The notes below the pieces were generated by a model that saw nothing but the letters and a program-made list of their open reading frames with translations, was not told the origin of the DNA and did not search any database. From an uncultured Mollicutes bacterium (GTDB lineage: Bacteria > Bacillota_I > Bacilli_A > RFN20 > CAG-288), in the NCBI GenBank assembly GCA_900539865.1, contig UQDS01000003.1:10477-74476 (forward strand): a stretch of DNA of 64,000 nt. The letters run 5' to 3'. The translations under genes were made by a program, and so were the position numbers. Positions 56,209 through 64,000 of the stretch are shown here, in pieces (position 1 is the first letter of the stretch; every line of letters begins with the position of its first letter).

Positions 56209-59200
56209 TTATTTCCCCACTTTCATTTCCAAATCTAAATAAGCGTCAATGATGTCCTCTTCAAGAAGACGTAAGAAACAGACAATCACTTGTAATACTT
56301 CATCTAAAATACCAGGACGTATTCTCTTTGCCTCCTTAAATGTTGTTAAGACAAGTTCTCTTGCGCTCTTAGAATTGTATACATTATCATTCGCTTTAAA
56401 AAAGATATCAGGATCTTGCAAATAGCTGTCCATCAGAAGGGCGTTTGCTCTCGCGAGGGCTTCTGTATTAAAGTCTGTGTGTTCTTTTAAGAAAGAAAAG
56501 TTTTCATCCATCAGCAATTTAGAGGGACGAAAAGCGTGTAACAAGGCATCTGGCATTTTTTGAGCTTGCGAGAAATAAATGAATGCGAGGTTGTTATCGA
56601 AAGGTCGCAGATTTAAATCAAAACGATATTCTTTATTCAAATAAAATGTTCGTATATCAAAAGGAGAAATAAAGAATATACCGTCTTTGATCATGCGTTC
56701 TTTGACAAAGCGAAGCTCTGCCTTATTTTCTTCTTTATACGGATAACATTTGCGGAACATCTCTTCATAAGCACAGTGATTAATATTTGTGCAATTGCGA
56801 CAAATTTCTTCTTTAAAAGAAAGTTTCGACATGAAATCTTTGATATTATTTGTAGAAAAATCGAAATCTTTCAAACGATAAATCACCGGATAAGGTAGAC
56901 CGATGGTCGTCAACAAAAAAGCTGTCCTAACTTCGCTAGGAAGAACTTCGTTGTTTGAGCTATTCAAACACTCTTCTAAACTCATTTCAATCGCATCGCG
57001 ATCACATTCGCAAAAATAATATTCTCCTTGAACTGGATCTCTTGTATACGCATTGAATACGTTTCCTAAAAGAATATACGGATAAGGAAGACGCACATTA
57101 TAATCCATATTCAAAGAGAATTCATGGAAACTAGAAGAAACAATATTTTCAGATACATACAACGAATAAGCGACTTCCAACAATTTATAAACGTACAAAA
57201 GACAATTGAAAATTCGCTCATGCTCAAAGACAAGCGGATATAATTCCTTTGTGCAAGAAAACATCATTTTTCGAATGATTTTTATATCCAATTCCAAAAA
57301 GGAACATAAATCATCGATATAATCTTGAACATCTGCATTATCTTGCAAAGCGGATAAGACAAGACAGGCCAACATGTTCTTATCCACAATCAAATAAGGT
57401 TTAAGAATGTCATCCATGTGTTCTATGTCTACGTCAATAAGAGAATAATATGTCCCTTTTTTTAGTTTTTGACCGACATCGTCAATTGTTTTTTTCAAAG
57501 AAATTGTCTGATTGACAAACATTCCGTGGAGACAGGCGTTGGCTCGAATATAGGTCAAGTAAACGTTATAATCTTCTCCTTCGTTAAAATCCAACACATC
57601 ATGATTGCTCGGCTTGCTTCCCAAACAAGCATGACAAATATGGTCTTCAAAAGAAAGCTGAGGCATGATTTCCTCTGTTGGATCGATGTTGTTTGTTACA
57701 TCCCATGGCAAACCAAGTTCACGGAGTATGAATTGATTTTTACTTTCAATATTCCTATTTTTCTCTATCTCATCATATTTTTTACCCAAAAATTCAATCT
57801 TCTTTTCAATCGCTTTTCTTTCGCTCATACAAAGATGAGGTTTTCCAAAATAAGACTTGCGGAAAGAGTAACACAACAAGCCCTTTGTCACATACGGATA
57901 AGGAAGATTCGGTTCATAAGAATTATCCTTTTTAGGAACAACATCTAAAATTGCCATCGAAGCGATATTCTTTGTTTGGTTGATTTCTTTTCTGCTTTCT
58001 ACCTTCGCGATGAAGAAGGGATACACCAGCAAATAAGAAAAGAAATCTAATAAAGATTCAGAAAGAGAAAGCACTAAATCCAAGCGAGACAAAAGAATTT
58101 CAACGACATCCTTAAGGGAACGATATTTAAACAGGGAATAAAAATAGGAGCACGCTCTATTTTGACTTGCTTGATCAATCAAAGAAAGCCGACATTCTAA
58201 ATCCGGTTCATAGACAAGATGACGATAGAGAAGATAAGAAGGGAGAATATCTTCTACCAAGGAACACTCTTCTTCAAAAAGATGTTTCAACCATTTGCTT
58301 CTTTCACGAGGGAAAATATTGATATAAACTTCCTTCTTTTGGTTCTCTTCAAAAAAAGCTTGCAGCGGATAACATAAGAAGCCTTGATTTAAAAGATATC
58401 GTTCGAACAACACGAAGTGATTTTCTTCCTCCGAAGGCGCATAACTATAAAACAAATCAAATCTTTTACAAGAGATGTAGGTGAAATCTTTATCAATTTT
58501 TTTACTAAAAGGAAGTCTTTTTAAAATGTCATCTAAGGTGAAATCGACAAGATCTTTCACATAAGAAAAGCCTTCATAAGGAAGACACATTCTCGCATAA
58601 ATGTTAAGAATATCATGGTTTCCATATGTTTCGATCAATTGTGACAATGATTCACGAATGCGTTTTTTATCACTGTAAGAGAAGACAAAATGTTCTTTAT
58701 CTTGCGAATACATCTCCCCATGGAAAGAAGAAATAGAATAGATAGAAAGATCTGAATAAATTTTATTTGGTGTTAAATATGATGTTTTGGTCGTTAATTT
58801 ATTCAACTTTTCCAAACAATATTGGTCATATAATGTATTGATGATCGAGGCGATATACTGGCGTAAAAGATATGCGTATTTTTTCTCAAACACCGGATCA
58901 CCATTAATTTGATTCAATTCCGGATCAAAGTATCCGTTGATAAAGTAAGAAACTCTTCTTGCCAAAGAGAAGCAATCGAAATCCTTCATCAATTTGACCA
59001 TCTTCTCATCATATGTTCTGCACAAAAAATCGATGGTAAGTCTCTGACTACCGCTCTCTAGATATAACTTTTTTAAATCATCCGAAAAGCGCGCTTCGTC
59101 AAAAAAGATCGGAATGGTGTTATTCTCTTCTTCCACAAAAGGTTTCGTCTCATCATAAAGGAAGTAAACACCTCTAGATAAGCAGTATAATCTAAAGTCG

Positions 59201-59607
59201 TCCGCATACCATTTACATCCGTAAAAATTCGCATATTGCATATAACAATCTTTTTTCAATGTAGAAAGGTCGCTTCTAAAATTCAACTGCGAAAGAATAT
59301 CATAGTGTAAGTCTAATTGATCAAACAAAAGAGGGGGAAGCCCCAAAATTTGTTTGAGTACTTCTCTCTCTGATGTCGGTTTATTCGTAAAATATTTTCC
59401 GTCATAAACGGGATAATTTCTTTGCGGTTTGATCTGATTTTCGTAAAAAGAAAGGCTTGCTTTGATGGAGTCAAAATCTTCAATAGAGAGAAAGATATTA
59501 TCTTCGTTGTCTACGAAAGCAACATGAAAGAGGCCAAAAAGCGCCTTCTTATAGACAAGAGAGTAACTGATCATCAATTCGCTCTGTTGAAAAAAACGAT
59601 ATCCCAT
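56209..59607 (-). CDS. Giant orphan protein A (1,132 aa); four ~270-aa repeats; function unknown
   Basis: Uninterrupted 3.4-kb ORF with RBS AGAGGAA 8 nt upstream. GLP-centred motif at aa 89, 341, 632 and 903. CxxC pairs occur only in repeats 3 and 4 (ICHAC aa 657-661, ICRNC aa 935-939). Confidence 0.7.
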   Translation of the reverse strand: MGYRFFQQSELMISYSLVYKKALFGLFHVAFVDNEDNIFLSIEDFDSIKASLSFYENQIKPQRNYPVYDGKYFTNKPTSEREVLKQILGLPPLLFDQLDLHYDILSQLNFRSDLSTLKKDCYMQYANFYGCKWYADDFRLYCLSRGVYFLYDETKPFVEEENNTIPIFFDEARFSDDLKKLYLESGSQRLTIDFLCRTYDEKMVKLMKDFDCFSLARRVSYFINGYFDPELNQINGDPVFEKKYAYLLRQYIASIINTLYDQYCLEKLNKLTTKTSYLTPNKIYSDLSIYSISSFHGEMYSQDKEHFVFSYSDKKRIRESLSQLIETYGNHDILNIYARMCLPYEGFSYVKDLVDFTLDDILKRLPFSKKIDKDFTYISCKRFDLFYSYAPSEEENHFVLFERYLLNQGFLCYPLQAFFEENQKKEVYINIFPRERSKWLKHLFEEECSLVEDILPSYLLYRHLVYEPDLECRLSLIDQASQNRACSYFYSLFKYRSLKDVVEILLSRLDLVLSLSESLLDFFSYLLVYPFFIAKVESRKEINQTKNIASMAILDVVPKKDNSYEPNLPYPYVTKGLLCYSFRKSYFGKPHLCMSERKAIEKKIEFLGKKYDEIEKNRNIESKNQFILRELGLPWDVTNNIDPTEEIMPQLSFEDHICHACLGSKPSNHDVLDFNEGEDYNVYLTYIRANACLHGMFVNQTISLKKTIDDVGQKLKKGTYYSLIDVDIEHMDDILKPYLIVDKNMLACLVLSALQDNADVQDYIDDLCSFLELDIKIIRKMMFSCTKELYPLVFEHERIFNCLLYVYKLLEVAYSLYVSENIVSSSFHEFSLNMDYNVRLPYPYILLGNVFNAYTRDPVQGEYYFCECDRDAIEMSLEECLNSSNNEVLPSEVRTAFLLTTIGLPYPVIYRLKDFDFSTNNIKDFMSKLSFKEEICRNCTNINHCAYEEMFRKCYPYKEENKAELRFVKERMIKDGIFFISPFDIRTFYLNKEYRFDLNLRPFDNNLAFIYFSQAQKMPDALLHAFRPSKLLMDENFSFLKEHTDFNTEALARANALLMDSYLQDPDIFFKANDNVYNSKSARELVLTTFKEAKRIRPGILDEVLQVIVCFLRLLEEDIIDAYLDLEMKVGK

Positions 59608-59623
59608 ATACTATTCCTCTACT

Positions 59624-61225
59624 TTACTCAAACATGATCGTGCAACTATCGGACTTAATATCTCCTATCGTAAAGTCAAACAATGGTTTAGAACCATCAT
59701 CAAATTTGAAGTTTTGATAAACATCTGAGAAACGATCACCTTTTTTAAACAGCGACTGATTATTTGCATAGCCGGTTAAGCCGCCTTGTATCTTACTTCC
59801 GGTTGCCGGAAGAAGAGATACCAAACGGCCGCGGTAATACTGCATACCGCGATCTTTGATTGTTTGATCGATAGAGTACGAATAAGTATTGCTGTAAAGA
59901 GGCATGAAAATAGAATTATAATCGTTCTGGCTGGCAAGAGGGATTTTATCATAGGCGCAACCATCCCAAGCGACTTGCGTATTGGAAACGGCTTTTAACT
60001 TACCTACTCTCGCATTGACGTGATATACCAAAACACCCGTATCTGTATAAGTGTTCAAAGACATTCCCGGGAAAGTAGAGTCTTTTTGATTGAGTCCTGT
60101 TGGTGTGTAATATTCTAAAAGAAGATATTCATCATAGGGGGTGTAGTTATAATCCATTCCCGATGTATTAACACTCGACGCAATAGGAATCAAGAAAGAT
60201 TCTCCGGCTTTTTGTGCTTTCAAGGTCAAAACCGGACCATTTAAATCTAAATATTCTTTTGAGACTAATGTCGGTGTGTTCCAACCCAAAAGGTATTTTG
60301 AAAAAGCACAATGATCTCCGATATTGAAGTCCATCATATCGACACCACCCATCGGGGTATCAAAATTATTGCTGTTGTTGTAATCGTAAGAATAGTAATC
60401 ATCTAAACCAAGAAGATGACCTGTCTCATGAATAAACGTATGCGCATCGGCAACATTTTCAGAACCACCGAAAGAGCTATAATCGAGTTCTCTTAAAAAG
60501 TCGACGCTTGCCCAAGCATAATTGCAAACTTTATAACCGTTGAAAGACGCGTTGGAATGAGCCCATGTAGTATAAGCCCAAAACGCATCGGAATGAGCGT
60601 TAGAAGAAGGGGAATAAACCATCCAAACAGCATCAAGATATCCGTCCTTGTCGGTATCGTAAGAAGATAAATCAACGCTGGTTTGATCTGCTAAAGTCTT
60701 CATCGCACCTTCTAAAATAAGGTCGGTATATGTTATTCCATTGCTAGCATATTTGTCATAATTTCTTTGAAGTTCTGCCGTTGTCTGATTCAAAGCAATC
60801 ACAGGTGCAACTTCGCCAGTAATATTCAATTTACCGCCGCTCGATTTTTTATAAAAAGAAGAGACGGATTCCCATCCTGTTTGTTCGCTTTCTCCAAAAA
60901 ATCCGTTTTGGATCAACCGCAATTCCTTTTGTGAGAAAACATCGTCTTTTGTCTGAATCGGAACAACCAAAATCTTACGATCACCTGTCGAAGGTAAATA
61001 ACGATAATCTAATTGGGCACCCATGTTCTTCACATTGAGGTTTTCTTTGGCGTCCTTATTTGTGTAGGTCGGGGTTTTATAGTATCCCTCTACCACAGGC
61101 CCGGTATAATTTCCTTCCGTGTTCGAACTTGTATGAGAGATATCCAGATAGAAGCAGGAAGTTGTTAACGGAAGAATAGAAAAAAGGGCTAACAACATTG
61201 CTATTTTTTTTGTTTTTTGATACAT
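59624..61225 (-). CDS. M6-like (immune inhibitor A-type) zinc metalloprotease lipoprotein
   Basis: 533 aa with signal peptide and lipobox LPLTTSC. The N-terminal KILVVPIQTKDD and the zinc site FIHETGHLLGLDDYY resemble the M6-family metalloprotease domain. RBS GGAG. Confidence 0.7.
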   Translation of the reverse strand: MYQKTKKIAMLLALFSILPLTTSCFYLDISHTSSNTEGNYTGPVVEGYYKTPTYTNKDAKENLNVKNMGAQLDYRYLPSTGDRKILVVPIQTKDDVFSQKELRLIQNGFFGESEQTGWESVSSFYKKSSGGKLNITGEVAPVIALNQTTAELQRNYDKYASNGITYTDLILEGAMKTLADQTSVDLSSYDTDKDGYLDAVWMVYSPSSNAHSDAFWAYTTWAHSNASFNGYKVCNYAWASVDFLRELDYSSFGGSENVADAHTFIHETGHLLGLDDYYSYDYNNSNNFDTPMGGVDMMDFNIGDHCAFSKYLLGWNTPTLVSKEYLDLNGPVLTLKAQKAGESFLIPIASSVNTSGMDYNYTPYDEYLLLEYYTPTGLNQKDSTFPGMSLNTYTDTGVLVYHVNARVGKLKAVSNTQVAWDGCAYDKIPLASQNDYNSIFMPLYSNTYSYSIDQTIKDRGMQYYRGRLVSLLPATGSKIQGGLTGYANNQSLFKKGDRFSDVYQNFKFDDGSKPLFDFTIGDIKSDSCTIMFE

Positions 61226-61227
61226 AA

Positions 61228-61572
61228 TTAATCTCCGTAATCAGATCCTCGCGATTCCGGTTGAATCAATACTTTTGCTTGATCTGCCACATCCATAGCA
61301 GTTAAGAAAATCGCGTCCTCTGCATCGACGAGAGGATTGTCTTCTTGACCGACAAAAACAACCTTGCGATTGCGTTTTACAATTTCGTCCATCGTATCTA
61401 AAAGAGTCTGATAAGACTCTGGTCTTTGCATGCGATAACCTTGTAAATAAGTATAGAATTGAGGCTCGATATAAAAAATAGATCCGTCTTCATTTTGATA
61501 ACAAGTCGCAAAACGATTGCGAAGATCAATCAATATTTGTCTATCTGCCCATTCGGTGTATTTATGTTCCAT
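61228..61572 (-). CDS. Hypothetical 114-aa cytoplasmic protein, first gene of the operon
   Basis: The ORF ends 2 nt before the lipoprotein ATG. No recognisable motif. Confidence 0.5.
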   Translation of the reverse strand: MEHKYTEWADRQILIDLRNRFATCYQNEDGSIFYIEPQFYTYLQGYRMQRPESYQTLLDTMDEIVKRNRKVVFVGQEDNPLVDAEDAIFLTAMDVADQAKVLIQPESRGSDYGD

Positions 61573-61598
61573 AGTAAAATCTCTTTTCTGTCGTTAAT

Positions 61599-61607
61599 AT
61601 TATAACA
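61599..61607 (-). promoter_or_regulatory. Extended -10 promoter element for the 114aa-M6-giant operon
   Basis: The minus strand reads TGTTATAAT, ~27 nt upstream of the ATG at 61572. Confidence 0.4.
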
Positions 61608-61656
61608 TGTTCATGAATTATTTTGTTTTGTACAATATTTAGCTTTATAAAGAGAT

Positions 61657-61685
61657 AATTAAAATTGCCTCTAAAAGAGGCAATA
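61657..61685 (-). terminator. Rho-independent terminator ending the sirtuin unit
   Basis: On the minus strand, TTGCCTCT-ttt-AGAGGCAA is followed by TTTTAATT. Confidence 0.65.
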
Positions 61686-61689
61686 AACT

Positions 61690-62034
61690 TTAATTTTGTC
61701 CAGCGACATAACAAGCTAACAAAGACAACGCTTCCGAAAGATAACGATAATCATTCTTCAAAGATTCCATTTTCACTTGATCAACACACGCTAGTGCAAT
61801 ATCAGAACAATCCCTAAAATATTTTCTCATTTTGGGATTTAACACTTCCGTATTTTCACACTCTGTTAAAGCTTTTTTTAAGCAATCCATCTTAGACTCA
61901 TAAGAAAAGTCCTCCGTAAAAGGTTTCTTTCCTTTCTGTTTGCGCTTCATCAACTTTATCGTCATTGCAATCAAAGGAGCTGCACTTGAAATAATATCGA
62001 AATCATCCGTCGTTTTTTTCTTCCAGGAAAACAT
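61690..62034 (-). CDS. Hypothetical 114-aa protein
   Basis: The ORF starts 3 nt after the upstream stop. Predicted helical and Cys-containing. No recognisable motif. Confidence 0.45.
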   Translation of the reverse strand: MFSWKKKTTDDFDIISSAAPLIAMTIKLMKRKQKGKKPFTEDFSYESKMDCLKKALTECENTEVLNPKMRKYFRDCSDIALACVDQVKMESLKNDYRYLSEALSLLACYVAGQN

Positions 62035-62037
62035 ACC

Positions 62038-62499
62038 CTACTCCTTTCTTTCGCAAAGCGAAATATCATGCATCACACGTTTATAAGAAGAAGGACAGTC
62101 CTCTCTCTCTAAAAGAACACTGCTCGACTCTAATAATGTTTTGATCAGAAAAGAAAAATTCAATTCTACCAAACAATACAAATTCATTTTATTGCTAACT
62201 TTTAAGACGGAGAGAATCAGCGCCAGATGTTCAAAAAAACTCTCATATTTTTCTAAGATAGCTACCGCCCCTTCATAATCGATGTAATCATCTGTGTGCG
62301 TGGTGATATAAAAAAGTTTTGCATCTTCTTTAGACAAATCTGCAACTTCTTCTTTTAATAAAGAAATTTCTTTGTCTAAATTCACTGTGTTTTTCAATAT
62401 AATATTTAATAAATTATTTAACGAAATCAAACATGCACTACCGCAAAAATAAGGAGAATCCTCTGCGATGAGCTCTGTTAATGAAAGACTTTTTTTCAT
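62038..62499 (-). CDS. Hypothetical 153-aa protein
   Basis: Its ATG overlaps the sirtuin stop (ATGA at 62496-62499). Predicted helical. No recognisable motif. Confidence 0.45.
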   Translation of the reverse strand: MKKSLSLTELIAEDSPYFCGSACLISLNNLLNIILKNTVNLDKEISLLKEEVADLSKEDAKLFYITTHTDDYIDYEGAVAILEKYESFFEHLALILSVLKVSNKMNLYCLVELNFSFLIKTLLESSSVLLEREDCPSSYKRVMHDISLCERKE

Positions 62500-63245
62500 A
62501 TGTGTAACCTCTGAAATAATTCGCCAACCTTTTGATGAATAACAATTTTAGCATGTTGATCTGCACCGCTTGGCTCTTTGTTGATCAACACCATATTATC
62601 ACCTTGAAAATAATTGATAAAACCACAGGCTGGATAAACAACAAGTGATGTCCCCGCTACAATCAGCAAATCCGCATTGCTGATTTTCATAATAGCATCC
62701 GTAATTACATTTTCATCCAACGCCTCTTCGTATAAGACAACATCTGGTTTAATAACACCGCCACAAAGAGGACATCTGGGGATGATTCCTGGACTGTCTA
62801 AAACAAATTGTGCACTGTACTGTTCGTGACAATCCATACAGTGATTTCGATGAATTGATCCGTGCAATTCTATCACTTTTTTACTCCCTGCCAATTGGTG
62901 AAGTCCGTCGATATTTTGTGTGATGACAGCATCTAATTTTCCTGCTTTTTCCAATTTGGCCAAATATTGATGTGCAGCGTTTGGCTTCTTATCTAATAAA
63001 AGCATCTTATCCTTGTAAAACCGAAAAAACTCTTCCGGATACAAGCGAAAGAACGAATGAGAAAGAATGACTTCTGGATCGTATTGATAGTGCTGATGAT
63101 AAAGCCCATCCTTGCTGCGAAAATCGGGTATGCCAGATTCAGTAGATACTCCTGCGCCACCAAAAAAGACAATCCGGTTGTTTTTGTCGATGAGCTCTTG
63201 CAACATATTGGCATCATTTTGAATCTCACTCATTCTCATTCCCAT
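62496..63245 (-). CDS. cobB: NAD-dependent protein deacylase (canonical sirtuin)
   Basis: 249 aa with GAGVSTESGIPDFRS, TQNIDGLH, the catalytic ELHGS and the Zn ribbon CMDC...CPLCGG. Confidence 0.9.
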   Translation of the reverse strand: MGMRMSEIQNDANMLQELIDKNNRIVFFGGAGVSTESGIPDFRSKDGLYHQHYQYDPEVILSHSFFRLYPEEFFRFYKDKMLLLDKKPNAAHQYLAKLEKAGKLDAVITQNIDGLHQLAGSKKVIELHGSIHRNHCMDCHEQYSAQFVLDSPGIIPRCPLCGGVIKPDVVLYEEALDENVITDAIMKISNADLLIVAGTSLVVYPACGFINYFQGDNMVLINKEPSGADQHAKIVIHQKVGELFQRLHI

Positions 63246-63333
63246 CCTTTTTATATTATATAACTTTCATAAAAAAAGAGATGAACTCTTGTCTTATATG
63301 AGAGAATTCATCTCTTACTAAATCGATAAAAAA

Positions 63334-63765
63334 TTAAATCAAATTTGCCCAATTCGCTATCAACAAGGAAGAAAACACCACGCTGAAGGAAAAACCAATA
63401 ACACCGATAATAAACGCAGCTTTTGCCAATTTACTATCTTTTAAAATCTTTCTTGATCCATTGATTGCACCAAATCCAAATATGACTCCGATAAAAGCAG
63501 TCATAAAGACGAGAGAAAGAATTGCAAAGACAAAAGAAAGAACAGCGGAAGATTTTGTCGATGGATTTATGGTTGTTTTGGTGTCTTTTGGTTCAAACAC
63601 CGCTTCTTCTACATGTTTATATCTAGGCGAGTACGTTGGCATCCCTTTTGCTAAATCGTAATCTTTATTTTTATTCATCGTGTTATTATCTGAGAATTTT
63701 TCACCGCAATAAGGGCAAAAAACATCATCATCTCTCAATTCGCTACCGCACTTTCTGCAATACAT
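63334..63765 (-). CDS. Zinc-ribbon membrane protein (DUF4190-like C-terminus)
   Basis: 143 aa. The N-terminal YCRKCGSEL...FCPYCGEKF zinc ribbon is followed by two TM helices. Confidence 0.6.
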   Translation of the reverse strand: MYCRKCGSELRDDDVFCPYCGEKFSDNNTMNKNKDYDLAKGMPTYSPRYKHVEEAVFEPKDTKTTINPSTKSSAVLSFVFAILSLVFMTAFIGVIFGFGAINGSRKILKDSKLAKAAFIIGVIGFSFSVVFSSLLIANWANLI

Positions 63766-63883
63766 GACATTCTCCTTTAAAAGCGATTTTTCGCCTTACT
63801 TCATTATGTTATTATTTTGTTCTAAAAATGTCAAAGTAATGTTTTTCACCGCTTTTTTATGATAAAAATTCAATGTATAAAAC

Positions 63884-63916
63884 AAAAAAAGAGACCTGCA
63901 AACGCAGGTCTCTTTT
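63884..63916. terminator. Bidirectional rho-independent terminator
   Basis: AAAAAAA-GAGACCTGC-aaac-GCAGGTCTC-TTTT. Confidence 0.75.
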
Positions 63917-63932
63917 GAATGAATAAGAGAGA

Positions 63933-64000
63933 TTACTTATCAAGTCCGCCATAACGGAGGATATCGTGATATCTTCTTTCGGCGTACTTTCTGTTCTTCT
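63933..64000 (-). CDS. 3' end (last 21 codons) of an unidentified gene running in from the window edge
   Basis: The minus-strand frame reads ...KNRKYAERRYHDILRYGGLDK* with stop TAA at 63935-63933, directly followed by the terminator. The product is not identifiable from 21 aa. Confidence 0.3.
   Translation of the reverse strand, partial: KNRKYAERRYHDILRYGGLDK

Noticed and set aside
57469-57948. 159-aa antisense ORF inside giant protein A.
   Set aside because: It has no RBS, and it is fully embedded opposite a 3.4-kb ORF whose paralogy with the neighbouring gene supports the minus-strand frame.
62496-63245. Sir2-domain protein as a possible anti-phage SIR2 effector (Thoeris/DSR/SIR2-HerA-like).
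   Set aside because: It is only 249 aa. It has the full canonical sirtuin deacylase motif set, including the Zn ribbon. It has no fused or adjacent sensor, helicase, TIR, pAgo or HerA partner. Best explained as a housekeeping CobB/SrtN-type deacylase, though its coupled small ORFs are reported separately.

Overview
This 64-kb chromosomal window comes from a low-GC, lipoprotein-rich Bacillota/Mycoplasmatota-like bacterium. It uses the standard genetic code: TGA is a stop, for example at 31608-31610. Most of the window is core metabolism and maintenance. That includes glycolysis genes (tpiA', pgk, gap, eno and a PPi-type phosphofructokinase), whiA, trxB, lgt, hprK, uvrA, uvrB and dus. It also holds a sirtuin, an S41 protease, an MFS transporter, and a YfhO-like/Wzy-like envelope glycosylation pair. 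Three regulated transport and catabolic modules are visible. The first is an eight-gene maltodextrin locus: malQ, an ABC binding protein, two permeases, a GH13 amylase lipoprotein, an oversized 851-aa MsmK-type ATPase and two orphan lipoproteins. The second is fruR-fruK with no adjacent fruA. The third is a yybP-ykoY (Mn2+) riboswitch in front of a P2-type Ca2+/Mn2+ ATPase. I saw four accessory or unusual features. (1) A minus-strand operon at 52.8-61.6 kb encodes a small protein, an M6-type metalloprotease lipoprotein and two tandem ~1,130-aa paralogous proteins. Each giant is built from four ~270-aa repeats and has no domain I can recognise. This is my best candidate for an undescribed system. 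(2) A 1,532-aa stand-alone Upf1-like SF1 helicase is fused to a DUF559/Vsr-like nuclease. (3) A frameshifted orphan RHS C-terminal tip lies next to an AT-rich spacer. (4) A sirtuin is translationally coupled to two small orphan proteins. By eye I found no rRNA, tRNA, CRISPR array, transposase or integrase. CDS coordinates include the stop codon. All homology calls rest on motif recognition by eye, not on database searches.
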